Shown here one piece after another: positions 1 through 17,585 of a stretch of DNA of 64,000 bases. Both the position numbers and the translations under genes were made by a program. Source of the DNA: Bugula neritina (Eukaryota; Animalia; Bryozoa); assembly GCA_964035545.1 (NCBI GenBank), contig OZ037766.1, positions 19,332,767-19,396,766 on the forward strand, written 5' to 3'. The notes beneath the pieces are model-generated. The model worked only from the letters and a program-made list of their open reading frames with translations. It ran no database searches and had not been told where the DNA came from. Each line of letters starts with the position of its first letter. Positions within the stretch are counted from its first letter, which is position 1.

Positions 1-1478
1 CTGTGAATAGAAATAACAATTACAAAATCAATGATTTTCACTTTGAATATAAATATGACTAATGATAATTATCAATTTGCTCATCATCTCATTAATATGG
101 GTAGGTAAAAGGAATTATGGAACGTTAGCAATGGCACTGAAAATCTGTTAAAGAATAGCTGAATTTCTATCAATTAATTACATGGCTTAAATTATTTCAT
201 AGTCGCCATAACTTTGCAGTTCCCCGAAAAAAATATGCAGCTAAAATTTAGGTTTTAAGTATATGAAAAAACTGCTAACTTTGCTAAAATTTATGGAAAG
301 ACCATGTGATAACTACTGTCTAATAATTTGTTAGCTTTTCAGGATCATAATATAAATAGGTGTTAACATTTTAAAATCTGGCAATTGATGTTGCTTTGTT
401 AAAAATTGAAGTAATTTTGCAAAAATAATAATCAATTCATTAAAAAGAAGTTACCATAATGAAAAAAAAGAGACTCGTTTTTTATTAGTAGTCTACAACA
501 AAGACTGCGCAACAAAAAAGACCTCAGACTTGATCTCTTTCAGTACGTGGCGTAAAATAAATAAATTGAGTTTATTGGGATAGCTAAAGTAGCTTGACAA
601 ATATTCAAACTTTTCTGTGGGGAGTTGTGCTGTCTGGAGCTAGCAAGAGTATTTTAGCTCATCGGCATTAGCACAGCCTTTGATCTATCAAAATATTATA
701 AATCTTATAAATGTGACAAATATATATTTTTGCAAAGCGCAAGCAGATGAGGGTGTAATTTTTAGGCTATTTAGGCTTGGCAAATCATCAGTGGGCTTAT
801 GATTTAATTGGACCAATTTTTTATTTGGCTTAACTTATTATTTGCATTTGACTCGCTCTGAAAGAGTAATTGTGGAGTAATAAATTATTTTGTATGTTTA
901 GTTTTACTATAAGTTACAAAATATTTGAATTAGTTATTGTTAAAAAAAATTGTGACGTATTATACATACACATACATTTGAACATTGAATTTTAATATTA
1001 CATTATATTGTATACTAGGTAATTAAGTAGCTACGCCTTTGTGAATACTGACCAAACAAAAAATGATCAATAATAGTAATAATATGTAACAAACATTTTG
1101 AACAGTTGAAATGACATTTGATTTGTATGTACATATTCTGAGTTTTTTTAAATGATAAATGAATGGAATGTTGTTTGAGACTATTGGTAAACTTATAGGC
1201 TATATTTGAACTATGGCTTAAATGCTGGTTTTTTTGTTATTTTCACTGTTTAAAAATTTTTTATTGTATTCTTTGTAGCTTAATTCAGTTTAGTTGGTTG
1301 ATGTAAATCAGTAAAGTTAGCTTATTTTATTCCAAAATTGCCAACAAACAAAATAGGCAGTAACCTATGTATGATTGGGTGTCTGTTACTATTCATAACC
1401 TTGATACACGTGTTTTTACAAAACTCTTGAACACTCTATTCATAGTTTTTATCTTTTTAATACTTGTAGGAATACACT

Positions 1479-6434
<4,956 letters not shown>

Positions 6435-7401
6435 ACTTTTCGGAAATTAACTATCCTGTTTCACATAATAATTTTCATCTAGTTAATGCTTCTATATCAT
6501 GCTAGAAAAAATTCATTTTGAGTTGCTTTCTGTATCCAATGAAAGCAAACAGTGTCAGACACTCGTATATTATATTCTAATGTGGCCATAAAATACTGTC
6601 TACCATTATGAACTATTTGAAATATATTGTTTGTATTTATTAGCTGGGGTCTGTAATATGTGATTTTTATAATCTGATACTGTTGTTCAAACACTGCCCC
6701 ACAAACAATAAGCTCTGTTTGTCACTAGAGTTGTGTTAATCCTTTGCATGTAGCTGCATTTGACTTATGCTGTGGCCAGGCTGTCCAAGCTTTGAGATCT
6801 AATTATTTGCTTATCTACCATTTTAAGTAATGCAGCCTCTTTTTTAATCTAAATTCTAGTAAAAGAAAATATTGTTCATAAAACTATTATTTTGTCCAAT
6901 TTAAAAAAAATTGTGGTGGGCTAATTTATGCCATCCCAGCAAAGTATTGATGAATATAAGATTTTATGTTGTCCACCTTTTTTATTCACCAGTTTAGTAA
7001 ATATTTAATCTGTGGCATATGTGTATGATGCACTTGTATTGAACACTCTACATGACTTGCACTGTAAAATCACTACCAGTAAACACAGTTTATATTTCTA
7101 AGCCTCTTTTATATGCAAGAAATTATAGTAGTGTGTGGCAAACGGCCTTGTAGTTACACAACTAGTTTTCTCTGCACAAAAGGTAAAAGCAATGGTACAC
7201 AATATTGTAAGATTTCACATTATCATTCTGCCAATCATGGTGTTCAGAAATCCAAGATGCTAAATGTGCAAAAAGGTAAACTTGCTATAGATGAAACTAA
7301 CTTACTGTAGATGCTTCACAAACAAACTTGAAAAAATTATATTAAATAAACAGAGAACAGCTGGAGTTTGAAGTTTTGTTATGCCCTGCTGCAGTAATTA
7401 A

Positions 7402-7486
7402 AATGTGAAATAACTTTTCTCCCATTTCCAACATTTGCTTACACTCTAAGCAAATGTTGGAAATTGGAGAAAAGTTATTTCACGTT
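7402..7486. repeat. Near-perfect inverted repeat (about 40-bp arms, 5-nt loop)
   Basis: GTGAAATAACTTTTCTCCCATTTCCAACATTTGCTTA-CACTC-TAAGCAAATGTTGGAAATTGGAGAAAAGTTATTTCAC. Confidence 0.85.
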
Positions 7487-8464
7487 CAGCCTTACAGTAT
7501 TAAGGTGTATGTTTGGCCTAGTGTGATAGAACCTTGATATTGAGAGGTTTGCCTACTGTCATTAAATAATAAAATTAGCAATAGGCTGTTCTCCATGTCT
7601 GTTGATAACACAAGTGAATTAAAGTTTAATGGTTCAAAAAAATTAATTGGGAGAAAATTGGTGACATCAAAGAAATTTAATGTATGATCCACTACTAGAC
7701 TTAACCTAAACATTAAATTAATTGGTTTTGTTGTTGCAGCAATAAATAGTGAATTTGTCAATATGGACAGTATATCAAGAAGAAATTTGTTATCATACAT
7801 AATTTGTTTATCTAAAAAATTGTATTGAGTAAAAACATTTCATAAAATGGCTGATTATTATCAGGTAAATTTTATAGGTTCATTTGGAGATTATGTAATT
7901 TCCCCCAACATTTGTAATTATGTTTGCTTATGCAATTCAATAATAATTTGCCAAGCTTTATTTTCAACTTTAATTTACAATAGTGTTAAAAAATTTATTC
8001 AAATTTATAAACATCTACAAATTAAATTGTCTAATAGGCTGCCATTAGGTAAAGGAAAATTTAGATGTTTTGTGCAACTGAAATACAATTATAATGCTAA
8101 TACTAAATATTTGATACTTCTATTGATGGATTGATGGGTTACTGTAATTACATTTCAAATCAATGCAGAAAAATATACACTACATTTTTAAAATGGATGA
8201 CAATTTAAAATAGATTACAGTCTAAAAATAGAATGCATTCCAAAGTTTTGTTGTGATCACCACTTGCAGATAAAACCCCTTGAGTAACACTGATAAAAAA
8301 CATAGAAGATTGCAAATTTGAAATCTAATCAAAAAGAAATATATATACAAAAATTAAAAACAATATTACTAACACAGGTATGTAATAGATTGATGGGGAA
8401 ACAAACATGTGAATTTCAGATCAAATACATAGTAAATCTATCACTGGTGTTAAGCCATTGTGGT

Positions 8465-8954
8465 GGTGTCATTCCAGATAGAAGACCCCCAGTTAGATGA
8501 CCAAATTTCAGTTAGATAACCCCAAGTTAGAAAGCCCCAAATATTGTTATCAAATATATTTGACTACTTCAAACTTTGGAATTGAATCAAGATAATGTAG
8601 AATAGTCTGAAAATTATACTATATCATTTCAAAAAGTTAGGCATCTTATGGATATGGCTTCAGTAAACTGTTAGAGCAATGGCTTAAATTAGTCATATTA
8701 TTTTGCGTATGGCTTCATTTATACACCTATACATGATTTCAGATAGACACCTGTGCACACAGATTCACACGAAACTAAAATAAATGCAACTTAGTATTAA
8801 AATGTCATTAAAGTTTACTTTTTTAGTTTTTAATATTTTGTTAAATAAAGTCGTCTAAATGGAAGTCGTCTAAATGGAAGTCGTCCAATTTGGGTTGTCT
8901 AAGCGGAAAATATTGACAGTGTCTATCTGGGGGTTGTCTATCTGGACTGAAACC
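8465..8954. mobile_element. Non-autonomous TIR element with subterminal repeats
   Basis: Left end GGTGTCATTCCAGATAGAAGACCCCCAGTTAGA versus reverse complement of right end GGTTTCAGTCCAGATAGACAACCCCCAGATAGA; internal 15-bp tandem AAGTCGTCTAAATGG about x3 near 8850-8890. No clean TSD. Confidence 0.6.
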
Positions 8955-9212
8955 ATTGGAATTTGGGCATGTGTGAATAGAAGAGATTTTAGGTGGCTGC
9001 AAGGTCAGTATATGATATTAGTTCGAATGAATGGATTAAATCAATTAAAGAGCAGGTGTAATTTTTTTCTACTAAAGATGCAACTTTGAAGCTGTCTTCT
9101 GCACTCATCCAAATATATTTACCCAAAAATGATTTGGCAAACATCGTTCAACATGAAAAAAAACTGGGAGTTTGAGAAAGGAGAATTGTTGACAATATCT
9201 ATAATTGGACCA

Positions 9213-12200
9213 TTACAACTCATCTTTCATTTGCTTCTCCATACAACCTGCGAGAACACTATTCTCGTTATCTTGACAAATTAACTGAAACAGCTTTTCT
9301 GGGCCATCTTCAACTACAGCCTTATACATGTCGTACTCATCCAGTTCCCCTGCAATTTCTCCGCACATCATAGCTAACCTGCAACACAGAATAAATTTAC
9401 AATATAAGACCTTAATTTACAATATTTGAAATTGATTTAATTCAAACATGCAGCAAAAACCTATGTACAATATCAGGCTTCTTCAAATCACCACATAAGA
9501 CAACTACCACAGTCCACAGTAGTCTTGAACCTGAACTACTTTATATAGAGGCTTTAATTTGTAAACAACAGTTTAACTGCCAATTCAATATTTCAAACCA
9601 ACATTAATTTAATCTACTCTAAAAATAAAAGAGACTTATCTGAAGACTTAGCAATATGACTGATGGTAGACTATCCTCTGCTCTCTGGAAACAAATTTTT
9701 AAATTGCAATAAAATATTTCTTTGAGATGACCATAATCAGATTAACTAACCTAAATTGCTAAGCATGAAACTTCCAAATAACCGAACAACTAAATTACAA
9801 GACACTACTTTTACCGTCTGCATTCAGCTACCACAAAAGTCACTAAGCCACTCTAACTGTGGGTCAAACTTTATGTTGTTCTAATAGAGTATCAGCTGAA
9901 TGAATAACTTTCTGGTTTGAATAGGCAATTGTCATTTAAGCAAATCCAATTAATTTATGTTTTTCTTTTTCCAAAACATTTCTTTTGATTGAATTTTGAA
10001 CTTTTAGCCAGTTGGCTATAAAAATACATTTTTAAACTTAAAATACGAAATATTAAAGGTGGCTTTGCAAAAATAAGCCAATAAAAAATCAATAGGTTGT
10101 ACTCATGTTAAGATTAAACTTCTATTGTTTTTCAGTTTTCAAGAAAATTCCATCCTTATTAAATTTGACAATTTACAATCTATCAAATTGTAAATGATTA
10201 AACATGTTTATTATCATTGTGAACAGCAAAAACTGATAGCTGATAACCAGTTAATCAACTTTGACACTGACAATATAAAGTAATACTGAAATCAACTAAC
10301 CTGTTGGGCCATTTCCCTCCTCCCTGCATCATCCCAGGTTCTTCCTCTGCTTCAGTACCAGGACCAGAAAGTCGGTTGATACCACCCATCTGTTTTAGTC
10401 CATAGCTGAGAATACAAACCAACTCAATTATGTAATCTTTTTAAAGAAGATTAATTTTGATTACCATGTTACATTAGAAGCTAAAATAATTTTATACAAG
10501 TTGCTTTATCAATTTTTTTAATTGGTGTCATTTTATTTAATATATTTGTTATTGGCTACAAATGAATGCAATATCGGGGAAGAAGTATCTTTAAATAAAA
10601 AAAAATCATTTAAAAAATACACTAAACAGAAGTAATGGTAATACTAAAAAGATTGGGTCTATAACTCTTTGTTACACTACCTTAAAATGCAAAAATACAG
10701 CTCTCAACTCATAGTAAATAAAATCTCCCAACAAAAATTAAAGCTATGAAAAACATATTATATGCAATTTGTAAAAAGCATACTTGATAGAATTTCAACT
10801 ATACAACCAATAAACCATACTTTTCAAAGGTCTTCTTGTCACAAATGTTTTCAATCAGCTCAATCACTTCAGACTCGGGTGCCATCTTTTTCTTTTTTCT
10901 GTATTTCTTCTCATGAAATACCGCCATACCAGTTGATATCTGCATGATTATTTTAACTATAACATGTATGTTTTCGTAGCTCTTGATAGAGCATGGTAAC
11001 TATGGTAACATCTTGTAAAGGTCTGCATTTTAATCTATTCTTTTTAACTTTTGTTAAAGAGTTTTCCTTCATAAGTAACAAAGCCAACTAACTAAATTTG
11101 TCAAAATGGCAACAAATACAACACAGTTAGAATCTGTGTACCTGTATGGCATACTAAACCATTATAATAATATAATCACAAAACTGCCTGGATGCACCCT
11201 TGTTTTGAACATTGGCACCTCCTGGATTATGTAATTACAAGGCAGAAAGGCCAGAATAGTGTACAAGATACCGGAGCAATGAGAGGTGATGATTGCTAAA
11301 CCGATCATCTCGGTCAGGTCCAAGTTAGCATTTGCATTGAGGAAAGCAAAGAACAAGACAAGAAGCAACTCTGCTTACAACTTGAATGTGGGAAATCTGT
11401 GAAATGAGGATGGATTACAAGAGTTTCAGAAACAGATGGATAAAGCAATGGACTACAAAGAAAATAAAGATGTGACTTTAGAGAAGAGATGGAACAGGTT
11501 TAGGATATCAGCCCTCAACGCAGCTGACAAAACCTAAATATAGACCAGAAAAAACTTCAAGATCGATTTTAATGAAGATGATGGAAGCTGCATGTGTTGC
11601 TAGACGAATGAAGTAAGTCTGAATAAAAAGCATGGCAGAGGAGAACAAAAAGTAGCACTGTTAGACTAGCACACGCCCAAAGTAAATTGCAGCAGTCTCA
11701 ATGGTGGGAGGAAAGAGCAAAAGGACTTTAACGGGCAGCTGATAAAAACAACATTAAAGCATTTTGCAATAATCTTAGAATGGTGTATTGGCCACAGAAG
11801 GGAGCACCCACCGCCCGATTACTTGATCAAAATAGTGAAACAGTACTAACAGCGAAGGACAACATCAGCATTTTGAGCACCTGCAAATGTACTCAGGGAA
11901 AAAAACTAAGAAGCTTTTAATAGTCTTATAGATATGCCACATAATCTAAGTTTAGATGACGGAAAACTTTGATGAGCTGCTGGATGCTATAGATGCAACC
12001 AAGAAGCATAAGGCTCCTAGAGGGTGTGGCATCTCAGCTGAGGTGTACAAGTCTGGTGGAATTAAGTTTAAAGAAAGACTGCATGATCTGATTGCTTACA
12101 TCTGGAGTAATGAAAAGATGCCACAGAACTGAAAAGATTGGAACACAGTTCCTATTTCCAAGATGGGCAGTAGAAAGGTTGGTGTAAATTATAAAGAAAT

Positions 12201-14043
12201 CTCAATTTTGTTAAAGCTAGGAAAATCGTGGCTCGTATTATCCTCAACAAAATCAATGTAAAGATAACTCCAGGTACACATCCTGAGACACAGTGTGGCC
12301 TCGCAACAGCAGGAGTACTATTGACATGGTGTTTAGCTTGTGCCATATCCAAAATAAATGTGCTGAACAGGACATGGAGCTATATGCTGCATTCATAGAT
12401 TTTACAAAAGCCTTTGATACAGGTCTCTTGAGTGTCCAGAAGAAGTTTGGTTTCACTGAAAAAGTCACCAACCTAATCAAAGCCCTTCATGTACAGATGC
12501 AAGCCGAGGTGGTGTAAGGTAGAGACTAGAGACACATCAAGTGAGTTTGCAGTAACCAGTAGTGTCGAGCATGGATGTGTTCTTGCGCCAACACTGTTTT
12601 CCTTATACCTGACTGCTATGTTAGAAGTTGAATTTAACGATGTGCAAACTAAACATAGGGCAAATCAGACTTGGTCCAGTTCAAGTCCAAAAACTACCAA
12701 AAACTTAGTTAGATGTTTTTGCAGATGACAGTACTTTGGTGGCACATGGCGCTAGCCGCTAAGAGGTACCAAGAGGAAAAAGTTGCAAAAGCGACAGCTC
12801 AGTTCAGCATGACAACATTAGAGACAGAATGCATGTACCAACCAATCAAACTCACCTACCTGAACCTGAAGTTATTATGATAGACCATGAATCTCTTGTA
12901 CTTGCTTCAGACTTTACTTACCAAGGAAGCACTGTTCCTTGCATTGTAAATATAAATAAGGAGATGCAAAACCGACTAGGCAAAGCAAGCGCAGCTTACA
13001 GCAAGCTCCAGCAGAGACTGTGGGACAACAGACACATCTCCATTAGGGTTAAATGTAAAGCCTATAAAGTGGTGGTGCTCTCAAGCATCCTTTATGGAGC
13101 TGAAACATGGACAACATACAGGACACAGGTAAAGAAGTTAAGCACCTCCATAATGAGACAAAAAGCATAATGACTGCTAAGTGGTATGACAAAATAGCAA
13201 ATGATGAATGGAATGGAATGGGGAGCAATCAACTTGAGTTCCTAGCAACTGGTGGCTAAAAACAGAGTAAAGAACTGCAACCAAATCAAAACCTAATCCA
13301 CAAAACAGTCATTGTCACATCAACTGACCAGTGACTGCAAGAGAGACAGCGTATTTGTAACATTATAGAAAATGTAGTCATTCTAAATATTAGACTCAGT
13401 TTTCATTCAAGTACGACTGAACATGTGCGTAATGCTGAATGAATACTAACAGAAACATAACAAACGAATTTCAACAGGTGACAAAGGAACGAACAACGTC
13501 TACACAATAATGAATTAATAAATGTACACCTACTACAGCTACTAGTACTACTAGTACTAGTACTAGCATTATCAATATCAGTATTTTTATAATTATATCA
13601 AGTAAGGTTTTACATTGACCAATCAGAATTTTAGTGATTATGTTTCAAACCTGAAAAGCAATAGCTGTGCACCCATCACATTTAAAGCTGCTAGGTAGTC
13701 TAACAGAGTAGGCTTCTTCGTCACTCAAAGTTGGGGTTGACCATTTCATTACGTTTTCTCTAACCATACCTTCAGGAACTGGGGGAAGATCATGATCATT
13801 ATCAATACCATTTTTCTTATCGTAATTAGTTTCTTCTTCGTCGTCATCATCGTCATCATCATCATCGTGGTGATCGCCATTAGTTTGAGTAAGAGTTTCT
13901 GTAGGAGGGGCGTCCAAAGGTTTCGTTTCATCTAAGTCGGAAACTTTAATTTGTTCGCCATGTTCATTTTGTCCACTGACACCATGAAATCCCACGCCTA
14001 ATACCGTGAGCAAGAAAATTGATGTGATAATTAGTTTCCGCAT
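9213..14043 (-). CDS. MZB1: MZB1/pERp1-like ER-resident saposin-fold (Canopy/DUF3456-type) protein, 4 exons, 260 aa
   Basis: Exons 14043-13651, 10939-10821, 10405-10301, 9378-9213, GT-AG and phase-consistent. Signal peptide; PTLSDEEAYSVRLPSSFKCDGCTAIAFQ (cf. human PQLDDEEMYSAHMPAHLRCDACRAVAYQ); YGLKQMGGINRLSGPG...GGKWPNRL (cf. YGVREVDQVKRLTGPG...GGPWPTRL); six Cys; C-terminal KDEL*. Confidence 0.9.
11180..13347 (+). mobile_element. Degenerate 5'-truncated RTE-clade LINE in MZB1-like intron 1 (antisense to host)
   Basis: Frameshifted APE/RT motifs WMHP..HWHLLDY, AFIDFTKAFDT, GCVLAPTLFSLYL, LYGAETWT; 3' end ...GACTGCAAGAGAGA shared with the copy at 18885-22172. Confidence 0.9.
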
Positions 14044-14159
14044 GTTTGCTTTCTTTTCGTGATGAAATTTTAAGAATCACTTCTCTACCTAGAAGCTTCT
14101 ATACCTGGTTCTACCATTCACTAATATCGTAAGCATGAACTGTCAAGTCAGGTAGCTAC

Positions 14160-14250
14160 TGCTCGTTTTGGTCCAATCAAAAGTAACCACGTTGTATTTA
14201 CCCAATAAAACATATCACGCCGGTTTTTAAAAACCCAATAGAAATCAATA
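14160..14250 (-). promoter_or_regulatory. Putative MZB1-like promoter with clustered CCAAT boxes
   Basis: Three CCAAT words (about 14173, 14202, 14235) roughly 30 bp apart, 130-190 bp upstream of the ATG. The first is followed 9 nt later by CCACG (CCAAT-N9-CCACG, ERSE consensus). Confidence 0.55.
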
Positions 14251-14302
14251 TCAACATTATAAGCAATCCCATGCCAAAAGGAAACAACGTGCTAAGGTTT
14301 TG

Positions 14303-16644
14303 GGTTAGTTCTATATGCAGTATTCTGGCTCGACATCTAGTTTGCTGAATATTTTCTGTTTGGCGCACGTGTTATTGTTGATGTCTGAGATAGTCATTGT
14401 GCACACGTGCGCTCCAACTCAAAGTACATAATATAATACAAAATATTATAATAATATAATGATCAACATAATTATTATGTTCTTTATCCTTAGCTTCCAC
14501 TCACACATTGAATCACACCAACATTTAAAATTTAAGTTCAAGAATTTGTGTAAATATTTATCTACTTTTAGTAGCAAAGTTAAGTTATTGGTAAATCAAA
14601 ACACAGCTGCTGTTAAACTTTATTACTCATAATATTAGTGTACAGCATTAATATTGCTATTAATATATACATTATGAATAGTTTTCAATAATATGTCAAT
14701 ATGTTTTTATTACTAGAGTGCTGCCATTTCCTTTCTTATATTAAAAGTGACCATTTCTGTTTATATTTATTTTTACTGTTATGGCAAGACTTACAATAAA
14801 GTTCTGTCAAATTTAATTACTGTTCTTTCAATCTACTTGGTATTTAAATATATCTCTGAATAAAATTTGTAATTTTATCCTAGTGTTAGCTGCTTGTCTT
14901 TTATGGTACTAAAGTTACAAAATGGTGGATGAGTAGTAGCTTTTATTACAAATAACATAAATGCTGAAAAATATAAAAAATACATCTGCTTATGATAAAA
15001 GTACACTGATAAATTGCATGACTGTGAACGAATAAATATGAGAGAGCTTCTGTTATGTGCAGATCTGTGACTACCTGCTGTACTTTTTCTTCAACACTGT
15101 TATCAATAAGAAGGTAGCCTGCATTGTCCTAAAAATGAATAATCCTAATTATTAAAATATTTATATACATATATATTTAAAATATTTTACTGCGAATAAC
15201 AGGTATGTATAACCATTTAAATTATTTTTAGGAACTTCAATGCATTGAGTCTAGGAGGATATTACTGCTGTGCACTAGTGTATACAAATTTTAGGCAGCC
15301 TCAGTTAAATATTTGCAAGCAGTACTAGGTCTCATAGTGATTTACCTTGCCAACAGGATGTCCAACATGTTCTTGCAAACACAGCATAACAAGCTTGTAC
15401 TGTAATCACTAATTGCCACTGAAGTTGGTCCTGGCCATCACCAACTGATGCCCTTTTTTATCTTTGTAGCAATCATTTTTCGGAACTTTTTAACTTTATA
15501 GCTATTCCCTGTGTTGTAATACAAAATAAAATGTTAGAAATATTAGTCACCAAGGCATCAAGAAAAGCAGCATTAACATGGCGAATATTTGTACTTTAGA
15601 GTATTTAACATCTGTAGAGTAGTGTAAAGTTTTTACAGTTCTATCTAATTTTGAGAGTCTTTTTGGAAATTCTACTATTAGTGCTAAAAACTTTTAAGCA
15701 GTAATTTGTTTGTTCCCAAATATGCAATGTTGTAACTAGTTGAACAGAACAGAAACTATCCTGCTATTTGCCATTATAAAGAACTATGGCGTGCAATGAT
15801 ACTAATTTTCAATAGCTTTCGAGTTTCCATTTTTTTTGGTAACACATTTTTCTTTGCTGACACATAAAATTTGCTGTGCCACCTTTAATAAATGGAATGC
15901 AGTCCAGATAAAACAGCTTCTTCCCTTTCAAGTTAAATGTTTCTATACAAAATCACAGAACATCAAATGCAGTGTAAGGTAAACGGAATAGCAATACTAG
16001 GACCTGTAGTTGAAGAATCGATTAATAAGAAATTATAGCCTCCTTAGCATAAATTTACAATTAAGAAGAATGGGCACAATAAAATTAAAATATAACTGTA
16101 GGCTAATCACTAATCCACAATTGTATACATATTAAATAGATGAGTCATGAGACAGCTTAAAATTGATGTACATATGTATAGTTTACTTTAAATTCAAAAA
16201 TAAATTAGTTTTACATACCACCAGTACCACTACCAATACCAGGTTCACTTCCAATTTGAGTTAGACTTGGAGCAGGTAATCATAATCATAATGATAATCA
16301 TGATCATAATCATAATGGTTGACCTTGAGCTAATAGTAATAGCTGCATGCGCCTAAAATGACCATCAGTGCAACCATACCTGGTTCTACTTTAGATTTTA
16401 AAATTGTCTATTGCTTTAAGAGCATATCCAATTGAGTCATAGCGAGATGTTGTAGAGGTTGTAATGACTTTGTCGTTATGATTATTGGAGTTGGAGAGCA
16501 CTTGTACGCCATGACAGTCAAGGGCGTTAAAATAAGCTGGTGCGTTTTAAATTAAACAGCCAATCAGAGACGCTACCTAATCAACCAATCAAAAAATATC
16601 CAACAACTGAATGCCGAGCCAGATTACTGCATATAGAATTTTCC
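14303..16644 (-). mobile_element. Mutator-like (MULE) TIR element with 9-bp TSD carrying spliced CaRF-like coding remnants
   Basis: TIRs GGTTAGTTCTATATGCAGTATTCTGGCTCG ... CGAGCCAGATTACTGCATATAGAATTTTCC; exact 9-bp TSD AAGGTTTTG at 14294-14302 and 16645-16653; both ends match the MITE at 58495-58936. Confidence 0.85.
15040..15942 (-). pseudogene. Decayed intron-containing CaRF-like / WRKY-GCM1-type zinc-finger gene inside the MULE
   Basis: AG-led segments on the minus strand: from 15942 (LFYLDCIPFIKGGTANFMCQQ), 15508-15346 (KKFRKMIATKIKKG ... YKLVMLCLQEHVGHPVGK|GT, frameshifted) and from 15128 (DNAGYLLIDNSVEEKVQQVV). Motif order resembles CaRF as remembered. Confidence 0.5.
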
Positions 16645-17399
16645 AAGGTTTTGTGACCCAGCTAAAGCATGTCTAATGAAATAATGAGGTTAGTTGAGAC
16701 TTGTTAAAAATTGCTAGGTAACGATTAGGTAAAGTTTTATTTTGAATGTTAATAGTTAAAAGAATCCTAAATTTTTAACTTTTGTAGTTAGCGAAACTTC
16801 TGTTGAAGCGTGTGGCGAAAAATATAGTATGATCATAGCCATAGCCCATACTCATACTGATACTCATAGTCATACCGATACTCATACTGATAGTGATACT
16901 GTCTTAGTCTTGGTAAGCAACTTTAACTTAAACTAGTAGTAGTAACTCTAAGTGTAAGCAAAAAGTCTAATAGAAAAGGAGAATAAAAGTAACGATTTGC
17001 AGTATAGTTTGTTTCATGGTCCGGTTTATCTGAAGTTTTAATTTTGATCTGAATATTTAGTCCTGTAACAGTACTAACTACTAATCTTTAATGATTCTTT
17101 TAATGTGAAAAGTATAATCAGACATGGTTTATTTGGAATTTATTCACTCAGCTTAGAACATCGCTACAAATGATGATTAAGGTAAAAGTTTAATTGATAA
17201 AGAAGTTCTATTTATAAATAAATTTAATGTCACAACTTAGATTCGTAGGCAAAGTATCAAGACTAAGTGTTGCAATAGTTTACTATAACTATAAGTATTG
17301 ACACAAACTTAATGTTTAAGTATTTTAAAGTATTGGTAATAGCATGTGTATAATTTATGTTAAGTATACTTATAGTGATGATATACTTATAGTGATAAG

Positions 17400-17585
17400 G
17401 GAACAGGTTTGGAGATTTTTCCTGAATGCGTCCTTCCATATAGGCTTTGGCCGCCCGACATCTTTTTCCTTTGACTCTCATCTCATGCACTCTTTTGATG
17501 TCATCTTCTTTCTCTTTTCTAAATATATGTCCAAACCACTGCAATCTCCATTTCACCAGGTCTAACACATTCATGACATTCACAA
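17400..17585 (-). mobile_element. 3' fragment of a LINE (RTE-like)
   Basis: ORF track 17263-17583 contains RLQWFGHIFRKE..DIKRV.EMRVKGKR, typical of the LINE ORF2 C-terminus. Confidence 0.65.

Noticed and set aside
6497-9089. Short ORFs in the track between PP2A and MZB1-like (and similar ones at 25193, 30675, 48931, 63346)
   Set aside because: AT-rich, no recognisable motifs and no splice support; they fall in UTR, intron or MITE sequence.
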